Of a DNA stretch of 64,000 nt, positions 30,091 to 38,739 are shown piece by piece. This DNA is from Alphaproteobacteria bacterium (lineage in GTDB: Bacteria; Pseudomonadota; Alphaproteobacteria; MPNO01; UBA830). Position 1 is the first letter of the stretch, and every line of letters starts with the position of its first letter. The stretch lies in assembly GCA_965243135.1 (NCBI GenBank), contig OZ251539.1, positions 3,776,001-3,840,000 of the forward strand, in the 5' to 3' direction. The position numbers and the translations under genes are program-made. Below the pieces are notes generated by a model. The model saw only the letters and a list, made by a program, of their open reading frames with translations. It was not told the DNA's origin and did no database searches.

Positions 30091-30169
30091 GGTCGTCTCC
30101 CCTGCGATGTCCAGACTTCAGACGGACGCTCACGGTCCAAGACGCGGAATTCGTCCGCGAATCTTTAAG

Positions 30170-30211
30170 ATCATGCACAGCGGGGGGGGGGGGGGGGTAA
30201 ACCCTAATTTC
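30170..30211 (-). promoter_or_regulatory. P5 promoter: GAAATTAGGGTT box, -35 TTTACC, C16 tract (20-nt spacer), -10 CATGAT
   Basis: G16 at 30182-30197 on the + strand; aligns with the P4 promoter but is 4 nt longer. Confidence 0.6.
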
Positions 30212-30340
30212 ACGCAGGCGTGGCGCGACTCGGCGGCGGTCACCCTGTTCCGCAGCTCGTAGGCCTGCGCCTTCGGTCGCGAGTCGCCAGATCGCCTCGC
30301 AAAAGCCGGAGAAGAATGCAGCGCAGACCGCAACCGTGGC
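30212..30340 (-). mobile_element. Inverted copy of the IS4 3' remnant
   Basis: Reverse complement resembles 29026-29105 (GGCGCAGGCC...GCGGAAC.GGGTG.CCGCCG). Confidence 0.5.
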
Positions 30341-30536
30341 GTAGGATATCCCTGCTTCGGCAGCATATTAGGGTTGCGACCGTTTATTCTTGCTGCGAAA
30401 TTGCCGGTTCGGCGATTCTGCCGGGCCGGCGCGACCGGACTTCCAGGCCGTTTCGTCGGCGCCGGACAACGCCCGGTCCGTTCGTCCGACGGGGAAGCGA
30501 CCGCAGCGGTGGACCCAAACCTTGGAGCGGCATTGA

Positions 30537-31331
30537 ATGTTCGGAATAAAGCAGACCCGGCTGTTCGAAGGACTTCGCGGCGCCATGGAGACGCACGCGC
30601 TCCAAGCCTTTCCGGGAGAGGCGTTCGGCGCGGTGTTCGGGAACCCGGATCGTCCCGCCTACCATCCCGTCGATCAGGTCGCGGACAACTCGCGCTTGGG
30701 TTTCCGGGTCGACAGGGCCGCGCTGCGCCGGCTGGAGGAGACTCACGGCGCCTTGCTGGCGGCGGTGCACACGCGCTCCGCGACCGGGGACGGGGACGCC
30801 GATCGGCTGCTGTTCATCCCGAGCGACGCGGAAATGCGCGCGCAGGCGGCCCTCGCGGTGCCCTTCGGCGTGGTGGTCTGCGACCGGTCGCGCTGCATCG
30901 ATCGTTTCTGGTTCGGGGATCAATGCCCGCCGCTGCCTCTGCTGAACCGGCCGTTCCGGCACGGGGTGACGGATTGCTATTCGCTCATCCGCGACTATTA
31001 CCGGCAGGAGCGGAACGTTCTGCTGCCCGACTACCCGCGAGACTGGAACTGGTGGGTGGAAGGTCTCGATCTCTACCGGGCGGGCTTCGAAGAGGCCGGG
31101 TTCCGGACCATCGACCCGGCGGACGCCGACGACGCGGACGCGGTCATGTTCCAGATGCGGTCAGACGTGCCGAATCACGCGGCCGTGCTGCTGGACGACG
31201 GGTATATGTTGCACCACCCAGCGGCGCTGCGGCCTTACGACCCTCTCCGAATGAGCCATCGCGAGCCGCTGGAGCGATGGAAGCGCCATGTCACGCACTG
31301 GGTGCGCTACGAAGGCAGTCAGAACCTGTAG
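30537..31331 (+). CDS. JAB/Mov34 + NlpC/P60 (C40) protein, lambda gpK-like, copy 2
   Basis: Close paralog of 27835..28632; DCYSL, NHAAV, MLHH retained. Confidence 0.88.
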   Translation: MFGIKQTRLFEGLRGAMETHALQAFPGEAFGAVFGNPDRPAYHPVDQVADNSRLGFRVDRAALRRLEETHGALLAAVHTRSATGDGDADRLLFIPSDAEMRAQAALAVPFGVVVCDRSRCIDRFWFGDQCPPLPLLNRPFRHGVTDCYSLIRDYYRQERNVLLPDYPRDWNWWVEGLDLYRAGFEEAGFRTIDPADADDADAVMFQMRSDVPNHAAVLLDDGYMLHHPAALRPYDPLRMSHREPLERWKRHVTHWVRYEGSQNL

Positions 31332-31960
31332 GCGATCCCGCCGAGGAAGGCATGGGCCTTCCCGCCGGTTTGGCCGAAATAGAGCCATTCCCCGCGCATG
31401 CGCCATCGTCCGTCCAAGGCAACATCCGCGCCCGCTCCCACGAGCGGCGCGACATCCTCGTCGTCAACAGTGAACTTGCCGCACGGTCCAAGTTGGTCCG
31501 TGACCTTCCTCTTCCAGTAGTACGCACCCAGCTTGACGAAGGGCGCCACCCTTCCCGCGTCCAGCGGCACCCGTCCCACGGCCGCGCCATAGACGGTCGA
31601 CACCGACTCCTCCTTTCGCGGATCGGTCACGGACTGGCCGTTAAAAGGAACGCACGGGAAATCTCCTCTCAGGATTTGTTCGAGCGCCTTATGCCTGATC
31701 CATCCCGCTTCGACCGCGAAGTGGCGCGAGAATTCGAAGCCTGCGTATGCAGTGTACATGAGGGCGTCGTCGTCTTGGCTGCATAAACCGCTGTCATTGC
31801 AGCTGTCGCTGAGATCTTCGAGGTAGCTGAACAACGCATGACCTGCCGAGACGCCGACATACGCGCCCGTCGGCGAACTCTCGTCGCCACGGGCCGAGTT
31901 CGCCAAACCAAGCGCCAACAGCGCTGCCGCAGCGGTTCCGACGAATGCGTTCGCTTTCAT
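31319..31960 (-). CDS. OmpA-like outer-membrane beta-barrel protein (213 aa)
   Basis: Signal peptide, GAYVGVSAG, YAGFEFSRHFAVEAGW, C-terminal GIAYRF. Confidence 0.85.
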   Translation of the reverse strand: MKANAFVGTAAAALLALGLANSARGDESSPTGAYVGVSAGHALFSYLEDLSDSCNDSGLCSQDDDALMYTAYAGFEFSRHFAVEAGWIRHKALEQILRGDFPCVPFNGQSVTDPRKEESVSTVYGAAVGRVPLDAGRVAPFVKLGAYYWKRKVTDQLGPCGKFTVDDEDVAPLVGAGADVALDGRWRMRGEWLYFGQTGGKAHAFLGGIAYRF

Positions 31961-32104
31961 TGTATCTCCTTCCCGTGAATACCTACGACCATGGAGTTTG
32001 TTTGCAACCGACTGACGCTTCAAACTTGAAGGGGCCCCGAATTCGGACACGGAAAACTGCAGATTTCCCCAAGACCGCCGTTCCCGCTTATTGTACGCAG
32101 GCGC

Positions 32105-32614
32105 TCATTCGCTGTCCATAGCGGCTTCCTTCAGGAAATCCAGCAATAGGACGATCCGGCTCCGCTCGGATCGGTTCCATGCCTCGTGCTCCAAGGTGTC
32201 GTCGAAGATCAGACATCTGTTCTCTTCCCATCGTCTGGTTTCGTCGCCGACTCGCAGCTCGCAGACCAGGGGAACAATCAGGCCCAAGTGACACCGGAGC
32301 ACCTTACTGGTATAGCCGACGTGGGGTTTGATGTGAGCGCTGGGCCCCAAGCGCGAGAATCCTGCGGTGACGAGATTTGGCACCCGCTCGACGATCTCGA
32401 CCGTTCGAGGGCACATGGCGCAGTTCTCGGAGAGCTTTTCCCCGAACCAGTAGAAACCGAAGACGTCCCACCCCTCGTCGTAGAGCATCTTTTCCGGCCA
32501 CGGCAGAAAGTGGTCGGAGGTCAACAGCCGGTCGAGCTCCTCCCTGACCGCCCCTGCGCCCCCCTCGAGAACTTCGACGAACGGAAAATCCGCCGGATCA
32601 AGAAAGCCGGTCAT
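32105..32614 (-). CDS. Aspartyl/asparaginyl beta-hydroxylase family oxygenase 2 (169 aa)
   Basis: CPRTVE, AGFSRL, IKPHVG, RCHLGLIVP, FDDTLEHEAWN, RIVLLLD. Confidence 0.9.
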   Translation of the reverse strand: MTGFLDPADFPFVEVLEGGAGAVREELDRLLTSDHFLPWPEKMLYDEGWDVFGFYWFGEKLSENCAMCPRTVEIVERVPNLVTAGFSRLGPSAHIKPHVGYTSKVLRCHLGLIVPLVCELRVGDETRRWEENRCLIFDDTLEHEAWNRSERSRIVLLLDFLKEAAMDSE

Positions 32615-33092
32615 GCGCTTCCCCTCCGGAACCAGCCTCGCGCCGCGTCGAATTCGGTCTCCGGTACGGCATCGTCCATCCTTCCAGCTTGGCGTCCCTT
32701 GCGTAGGATCTGATCGTCATGATCGAGACGTTCCCGCCCGGATATTTCGCTCGCACGCGCCTCTGTATCTCGCGGTACGACAACCCTACGGATCGCGCGC
32801 TGGCGGCGTCCGGTTCCACCGGCCGGCGCGTGTCGCGGTCCTCGTAGTGGTCGATATGAACGAGGGCCGTCATGATCGCCGCTTTCAACTCGCCGCGCCG
32901 CGGGGTCTTGCGGACCCACGGAAACCGCAACGCCGACAGGGAGAACATGCTGGCCAGCACCGACCGCACGACCGCCGCGCCGCGAGTCTTGCGGATCCAC
33001 GGAAACTGCAACGCCGACAGGGAGAGCATCCCCGTCAGGATCGACTCTTTGGCGCTGTCGCGCCGAACCTGTCGCGTTTCTTTGGACGGCAT
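32598..33092 (-). CDS. Hypothetical protein with a duplicated 15-aa motif and possible C-terminal helix-turn-helix
   Basis: MLSLSALQFPWIRKT / MFSLSALRFPWVRKT; GLSYREIQRRV...SIMTIRSYAR; overlaps the hydroxylase start. Confidence 0.55.
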   Translation of the reverse strand: MPSKETRQVRRDSAKESILTGMLSLSALQFPWIRKTRGAAVVRSVLASMFSLSALRFPWVRKTPRRGELKAAIMTALVHIDHYEDRDTRRPVEPDAASARSVGLSYREIQRRVRAKYPGGNVSIMTIRSYARDAKLEGWTMPYRRPNSTRREAGSGGEAHDRLS

Positions 33093-33201
33093 GGAGACGC
33101 TCCGCAAGTCGGACTGCCGGAAGAAAACCCTTCCACGGTATTCCTAGCAACAAGACGGTGATAGGCTCAACCCCTATTTCGGTTTTCACGGCGGCCCGCG
33201 A

Positions 33202-34236
33202 ATGAACGAACCGACAAGCACGCGATGCCCGCCTTCATGGGAGGCTGTCCTCGGCGCCGGGAACGCGGCCGCCGTCGTTTACCCGACGCTGGCGGTCGAA
33301 GACCTTTCCGCCCGTCTGCTCGCGTATCTCCGCGACGCGCTCGCCGACAACCGGCTAGGCTACGCGGAACCGCCGTCCCGAATGGAGGGCGGCTCCCAAG
33401 CCCAAATCTACCGCTTCGGACTGAGCGGCGCTCCCCCCGATCTCGCCCGAACCTTGGTACTGTGCCTGTATCCGCGGGGCTACGGCACGGGCAGGATCGT
33501 CAAGGAAGGCCTCGTTCAGAACGGACTCGCCCGCCGGTCGTATCCCGCCCCCCGGGTTCACGCGGCATGCACCGACATGTCGATCCTCGGCGGCGCGTTC
33601 CTGGTCATGGAATTCCGTCCGGGCGACCTCTTGCTGCACGCGCCGCCCGAGACCATACCCGGTATGCTGGCCGAGACCCACGCAGCCCTGCACCGTATCG
33701 ACCCGCGGCCGGTCGTCGAGTCGTTGCGCGCGCAGGGTTGGATAGCTTCGCAATACCGATTCGAGGGAGAACTGGCGGTGCTCCGCGACCGGACCGGGAG
33801 GCATCCCCGCCTGCGCCCGGTCGCCGACTGGCTGTCGGCGAACCGGCCCCCGGAACCCAGGCCGCTTTCGATCTGCCACGGCGATTTTCACCCCCTCAAC
33901 GTTCTCGTCCGGGACGGCGAGGTCACTGGCGTGCTCGACTGGTTCGACGCTGTCGTCGGCGATCCGGCGCTGGACATCGCTTGCACGACGCTGTTGATCC
34001 GGGTCTTCGGCCGCCGCGTCATGTTGCCGTCGGAGGCCGACCATGTAGCAACGAGATATCTTGAAGCCTACAGGCCCCCGAAGCCGTTCGACCCCGAACG
34101 CCTCGACTATTATCGGATCAGGCGTTGCCTCATCGGCCTGTTGGACGGAGCGGACGGTCAGGAGATGTGGCGACATCCCTCGGTCGCGCGGGAGCTCGCC
34201 AGCGATATCCTCCGAGTTACCGGAGTCGCCGTATAA
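33202..34236 (+). CDS. APH/phosphotransferase-family kinase (344 aa)
   Basis: FLVMEFRPG, ICHGDFHPLNVL, GVLDW, GDPALDIA. Confidence 0.85.
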   Translation: MNEPTSTRCPPSWEAVLGAGNAAAVVYPTLAVEDLSARLLAYLRDALADNRLGYAEPPSRMEGGSQAQIYRFGLSGAPPDLARTLVLCLYPRGYGTGRIVKEGLVQNGLARRSYPAPRVHAACTDMSILGGAFLVMEFRPGDLLLHAPPETIPGMLAETHAALHRIDPRPVVESLRAQGWIASQYRFEGELAVLRDRTGRHPRLRPVADWLSANRPPEPRPLSICHGDFHPLNVLVRDGEVTGVLDWFDAVVGDPALDIACTTLLIRVFGRRVMLPSEADHVATRYLEAYRPPKPFDPERLDYYRIRRCLIGLLDGADGQEMWRHPSVARELASDILRVTGVAV

Positions 34237-34657
34237 ACGCGCTGCCCTCGCCCGTCGGCAGCGGCCCGCCATGCCCGCTCTCGGCGATGCAAGCATGCGT
34301 AACTGCCCGATGGCGCGCCGGTTCGTGAATCAAGGAATTTTTTTGCGGCGAAATCCTTTCCGGGAGTCCCGGATCCCGACGCCGCGCTCCGCCCCGCTGT
34401 CTTCACGCCGTGACGCTCGAACCCGGAACGGTTCGGGGGAACGAGGTGCGGAAGCGCCCATGGGTCGCGCTTGCCTCCGTAAAAAACGGTTCCGCTCGCC
34501 GTCTTTTCTCGACGCGGTCCGGACTCCCCATTGCCTGACATCTTGACGCTCACTCAGGCATCGCATTCGGTGCGCGTGTCGCACCTCAAACTTCAAGGGG
34601 CCGGGAGCTTTCCGGAAGGCGCCGGCTTGCCGTTCGACCCGGTCCGCAAGGTTCCGC

Positions 34658-36991
34658 TCAGAAGAACACCGCGACGGGATTGAGGTCGGCCTCGGGCGTG
34701 GGCGTCTTCCGCCACCCCATCTTCACCGGCACGTCGTACAGCCGCCCCGGTCCGAAGCGCATCCAGAAATGCCGCAGACCCGGCACGATCGTCTTCGCCA
34801 CCGGCATTCCGATGTCCGGCCGCGTCTGGTCCAGAACCAGGAACTCCAGGCCCATGCCTTCCACCAGCGCCCGGCAACGCTCCACGTCCTCCCGCAGATC
34901 CGTCGTCTCCGGAACCGGGTAGTCCACCGCCCCGCGCTTCGCCGCGCCCGCCGCCGGCGCCAGATACGGATGCTCCGCCAATTTCGCGTTCTTCCACCAC
35001 CAGAGGGTCTCCGGATCGTCCTGGAGATAGCTCCCCCCGTCGATGCCCACGTCCCGCACCGCTTTCATGTCTTGATTCAGTTCGCACACCGCCCGCAGCG
35101 CCGCGATATGCGGGTCGGCATGCGCGCCGGCCGCGAGGATGATGTCCTCGGGCTCCTTGTCGACGCGCCGCGAGACAGCCACGAACACCGGCACCCCGAG
35201 ATCGTTGGTCACGTCCAGAAGCCACACGTCGCGGCGGAAGGAGGCGTAGTACTCCCGCGTCCGCGACAGATAGCCGTCGCCGAAGCTGTCGATGTCCACC
35301 TCCGGCATGGACAGCCGGTTGTACCACCAGCACGCGAACGCGTCCCGCTCCGCCAGTTCGTAGAAGCCCTGAAGGATCGCCTCCTCCAGGGTGTTCCCCG
35401 CCGCGCAGCCGTTCGAGTCCGGACCGCAGTAGACGACGCCTCCCTCGGTCGGCGTCGAAAAGTAGAGCATAGCCGTCGGCAGCCAGCGGTGGCGCCCCGC
35501 CGTCAGCGACCACGCCGGCGTCCAGTCCATCTCGACGGACGGGTCGAAGCGCGTCGTGACGTAGTTGAACAGGGACCCGAAGGCGTTGATCTCCTCCGCG
35601 CGCTCGTACTGCCGGTCGCTGTAAAGCATCACGTCGTTGGGGTGGATCGCCTCCCCCTCCGCGAAGTCCTCGAACCGCGCCCGGCGCCGGATCTCGTCCC
35701 CGTGATACACGCCCGAGTAGCGTTCCACCGCCTCGCACAGCGCGCTCGCCTCCGCCTGCTCCGGCGTGCTGCCCTTGCCCGAACTCTTGGTCCGCAGGCT
35801 GTTGCGCAGCATGTGCAGGCTATCCGCCTTGAGCGCCAGATTGCTCCCCGCCCAGTACACGTGCAGCCAAGAATCCGCCGGGTCCGTGGCGCGCATCAAC
35901 TGCGTCACCACGCCGCTGACCGGACTCACCAGGTGGCGGTACTTGCGCACCGTCTCCCCCGGCGGAACCGAACGCAGGCCGCCGCTGTTCCGGACCCGCT
36001 TCGGACTCGAACCCAACGCCACCGGCGCCGGCGCGCGGTCGGGGCGCCGCAGCGCCTCCTCGCCGCACGCCGCGCACTGCGGACGCCGCATGACCGGATG
36101 CCGCTCCCCGGCGAGATCGTACAGCGACAGCGACAGCGCATGCTCGTGCAGCGCCGCCGCCTCCCCCAGAACCACCCATCTCGCGATCTCCGTCGCCGCC
36201 AGGCCGAGCACCGCGTCCGCGAACGGCGGAACCGTCACCTGCGGCACCACGCCCGCGCCCCCCGCGTTGCGCAGATAGTTCTCGACCTCGTTGTTGCCCC
36301 GCATCCGGTGCGCCAGGCACGCCCAGCACGCTCCCCCCTCGCCGGGGCGGAACACCGGACCGAACAGCGGCCACGACCCGTCGGCCTTCACCAGAACCCA
36401 CGGCACCCCCGACGCCAGATGGCGCCGGTTGGTCTCCTCATGCTCCAGGTAGTCGGACGCCCGGATCACGTTCAACGTCGCGCCGTCCGCGACGACCGCC
36501 AGCCCCATCGCCGCCAGCGCCGACCCCAGGCGACCGCCCTCGTCCCCCGAAACCGACACCCGCGCCGAACCCAGCCGCTCCTCCGCCCACCGCGGCGACA
36601 CGCCCACCGAACACCAGAACGCCGCCGCGTCCCGGTCCAGCCCGAATTCGCCCGAAACCGCGTAGCCCTTCGACGCCAGCGACACCAGCGCCGTCTGGAT
36701 CTCCAGCGGACCGTACGTCCCCGACAGCGCCGCCGCGATCTCGCGGCGCGTGCGCGTCCCGTCGAGCAGCGGCAGAAGATCGACGTAACGCCGCCCGTAG
36801 AGCGCCGCGTTGAAGGTCTCCGAAACCAGCAGCGCCGCCTCGCCGCCGAGCGGGCGAACCTCCAGATGCGGCGACAACAGCGGCCGCTCCACCGTGCCGC
36901 GATCCGCCTCCGTGACCCGGAACAGGGCCCGGGCCTCGCCCGCGGGCCGGTCGAACAGGCCCGGCGCCCCGGACGGCTTGGCGCTCTCCAT
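34658..36991 (-). CDS. Fused RRE/E1-like - YcaO cyclodehydratase, copy 2 (777 aa)
   Basis: Same motifs as copy 1; about 26 aa differences counted by eye. Confidence 0.95.
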   Translation of the reverse strand: MESAKPSGAPGLFDRPAGEARALFRVTEADRGTVERPLLSPHLEVRPLGGEAALLVSETFNAALYGRRYVDLLPLLDGTRTRREIAAALSGTYGPLEIQTALVSLASKGYAVSGEFGLDRDAAAFWCSVGVSPRWAEERLGSARVSVSGDEGGRLGSALAAMGLAVVADGATLNVIRASDYLEHEETNRRHLASGVPWVLVKADGSWPLFGPVFRPGEGGACWACLAHRMRGNNEVENYLRNAGGAGVVPQVTVPPFADAVLGLAATEIARWVVLGEAAALHEHALSLSLYDLAGERHPVMRRPQCAACGEEALRRPDRAPAPVALGSSPKRVRNSGGLRSVPPGETVRKYRHLVSPVSGVVTQLMRATDPADSWLHVYWAGSNLALKADSLHMLRNSLRTKSSGKGSTPEQAEASALCEAVERYSGVYHGDEIRRRARFEDFAEGEAIHPNDVMLYSDRQYERAEEINAFGSLFNYVTTRFDPSVEMDWTPAWSLTAGRHRWLPTAMLYFSTPTEGGVVYCGPDSNGCAAGNTLEEAILQGFYELAERDAFACWWYNRLSMPEVDIDSFGDGYLSRTREYYASFRRDVWLLDVTNDLGVPVFVAVSRRVDKEPEDIILAAGAHADPHIAALRAVCELNQDMKAVRDVGIDGGSYLQDDPETLWWWKNAKLAEHPYLAPAAGAAKRGAVDYPVPETTDLREDVERCRALVEGMGLEFLVLDQTRPDIGMPVAKTIVPGLRHFWMRFGPGRLYDVPVKMGWRKTPTPEADLNPVAVFF

Positions 36992-37574
36992 CAAAAAAAC
37001 TCCCCGATGCGGCGGCGAACCGTGGATCAAACTCCGGGACCGGAGAATACGATCGCGACATCGCGCGTCAAGCGCCGCGCCAATCTAACGTCATGCAGCG
37101 AACTTTAGATGCAAGACCCGCGGCCTGAAGGTCGCGAGGGCCTACAATAGCCGGGGCCGACATTCGCTTGCGACCGAGCGGGCTGGGCGGCCTTGGCCCT
37201 TGGGAGGAAGGGCGGGCTTCGCGCCGCGCGAAGCTTCGGTCACGGAAGGCGGCGGTCGCCACGGACGCGGCGCTTGCCCGCGAGTCCGAGACCATCGCCC
37301 TGACGCGAGCGGGCCGCGGCGTCCGGCTATCGTCCGGCTGCGGCGTTCCGCCCGAGCCGGCGGCCGGTCAGGCGTTCCCCGACGTAGACATTGAAAGCCG
37401 CGTCGTCGACCCGCTCGCCGCCCCAGGGGCCGTCGGGATCGTCGCGACGATCAAGGGCGCCGTCCGGTAGTGGTCCGCCGCGCACCGCCGCTCGACGACC
37501 GCCATGGTCAGAAAGCGGGGCGAAGGGCTTCCCGTCCTCGTCGCCGGGTCGCCGAGATCCGCCTGCTCGACCGT

Positions 37575-37860
37575 CATCCCGCTTGGCATACTGCCTGCCG
37601 TCTTGCCGCCGCCGGAGATCATGTCGAGTTGCTCTTCCCCCAGCTGAACGTTCGAGCGGCGAAGTGACGGAATGCAGCGGCCGGATTCTCGACGACGCGG
37701 ACCTCCAACCAGGGACGAGGCCGAAGTCGGCGAAAACGGCTGCCGGATCCTCTTCCGTCCGAGCGCGGAGGTCGGGATCCTTGCAGCACTTGATCCGCAA
37801 ACCGCTCGTGGCTCGAGGCAGGAATTGCCGCTTGACCATGAATCGTATATGCTGTACGCA
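37575..37860 (-). pseudogene. Frameshifted NHLP precursor remnant
   Basis: Fragments in different frames: KDPDLRARTEEDPAAVFADFGL, LEVRVVENP, NVQLGEEQLDMISGG-GKTAGS. Confidence 0.7.
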
Positions 37861-37901
37861 ACCTGCCGCAGTAAACGAACAGTCACGAAAGGTTACGGAC
37901 C

Positions 37902-38159
37902 ATGGTCGAAAGTACGGATAACAATCTCGACAAGGCGCTCGCCGATCTCACCCCCGAGCGGGTCGAACGCAATCAACAGATCTACGCCGACATTGTCGCC
38001 AAGTACTACGGCGATCCTGACTTCAAGGCGAAGGTGGATGCGGACCCGACTCGGGTTCTCAAGGACGAGGGCCTTGAGATCCCCGAGGGCGCCAACGTCA
38101 AGTTGCTGTTCAACACTGAGAAACTCCTGCATATCGTGTTGCCGGCCCCTCTCAAATAG
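37902..38159 (+). CDS. Stand-alone NHLP leader-like protein with no Gly-Gly site or core (85 aa)
   Basis: IVAKYYGDPDFKAKVDADPTRVLKDEGLEIPEGANVKLLFNTEKLLHIVLPAPLK then stop. Confidence 0.85.
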   Translation: MVESTDNNLDKALADLTPERVERNQQIYADIVAKYYGDPDFKAKVDADPTRVLKDEGLEIPEGANVKLLFNTEKLLHIVLPAPLK

Positions 38160-38616
38160 GAAATTCTCGAAGCGTTTGTCGGCTGCTGTCTCCTCGGCAC
38201 CGCGCAGATCGCTTCGCCCGCGAGCGGGTTCGCTCCATGGCGGGTCGCGGTCTCGGGAGGGACTGCCGCAAGGGTCGGCGTGAAGCCTGTCATGCTTTTT
38301 TCAGGCGGACGGGGTGCTTGCCGGCCTGACGCCCGGCGGCATCCCTTGCGACCGGCGTGGTTGGGGGCTGCCGGGCGAGCAGGGCGCTGCGCCCCGCTGT
38401 TCGCCTCGAGGCCTTGGAGCGTCAGGCGCCGGCCCCCGAGTTAGCGGGGAACCTGCAAGTCACGCGCGCTCCGGGATTGGCGCGTTCCGGTTGCGCCTTG
38501 TCTTCCTGCCCAACAACGCAGTCCCGTCCGCGATGACGGCCATCTTCGGTCCGGCCGGTCCTGTCCGTCGCTGCGCCGCGCCCAAGGAGTGTCGGACGCC
38601 CAGTTAAAATCCAACA

Positions 38617-38662
38617 ATGTCAGGAGATCTGAAATTAGGATTTGAAATTAGGGTTTCCCCCC
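38617..38662 (+). promoter_or_regulatory. P6 upstream element: TCAG-N5-CTGA plus tandem GAAATTAGG(A/G)TT boxes and C6
   Basis: ATGTCAGGAGATCTGAAATTAGGATTTGAAATTAGGGTTTCCCCCC. Confidence 0.6.
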
Positions 38663-38739
38663 TCGGTTAGGGTAGTGGATGCGTGCGTGAGTGAGTGTGT
38701 CGCCTCGCATGATCGAAACAGCGAATTGAGGACGGAAAC

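Noticed and set aside
27835-31331. Prophage or gene transfer agent
   Set aside because: Only gpK-like genes are present; no capsid, terminase, tail L/I/J or integrase seen.
13897-32030. TTCAA-N2-TTGAA palindromes at 13897-13908 and 32019-32030
   Set aside because: Only two copies, one between convergent genes; cannot be separated from chance.
37902-38159. Nitrile hydratase alpha subunit
   Set aside because: No CxxCSC metal motif, too short, and no beta subunit.
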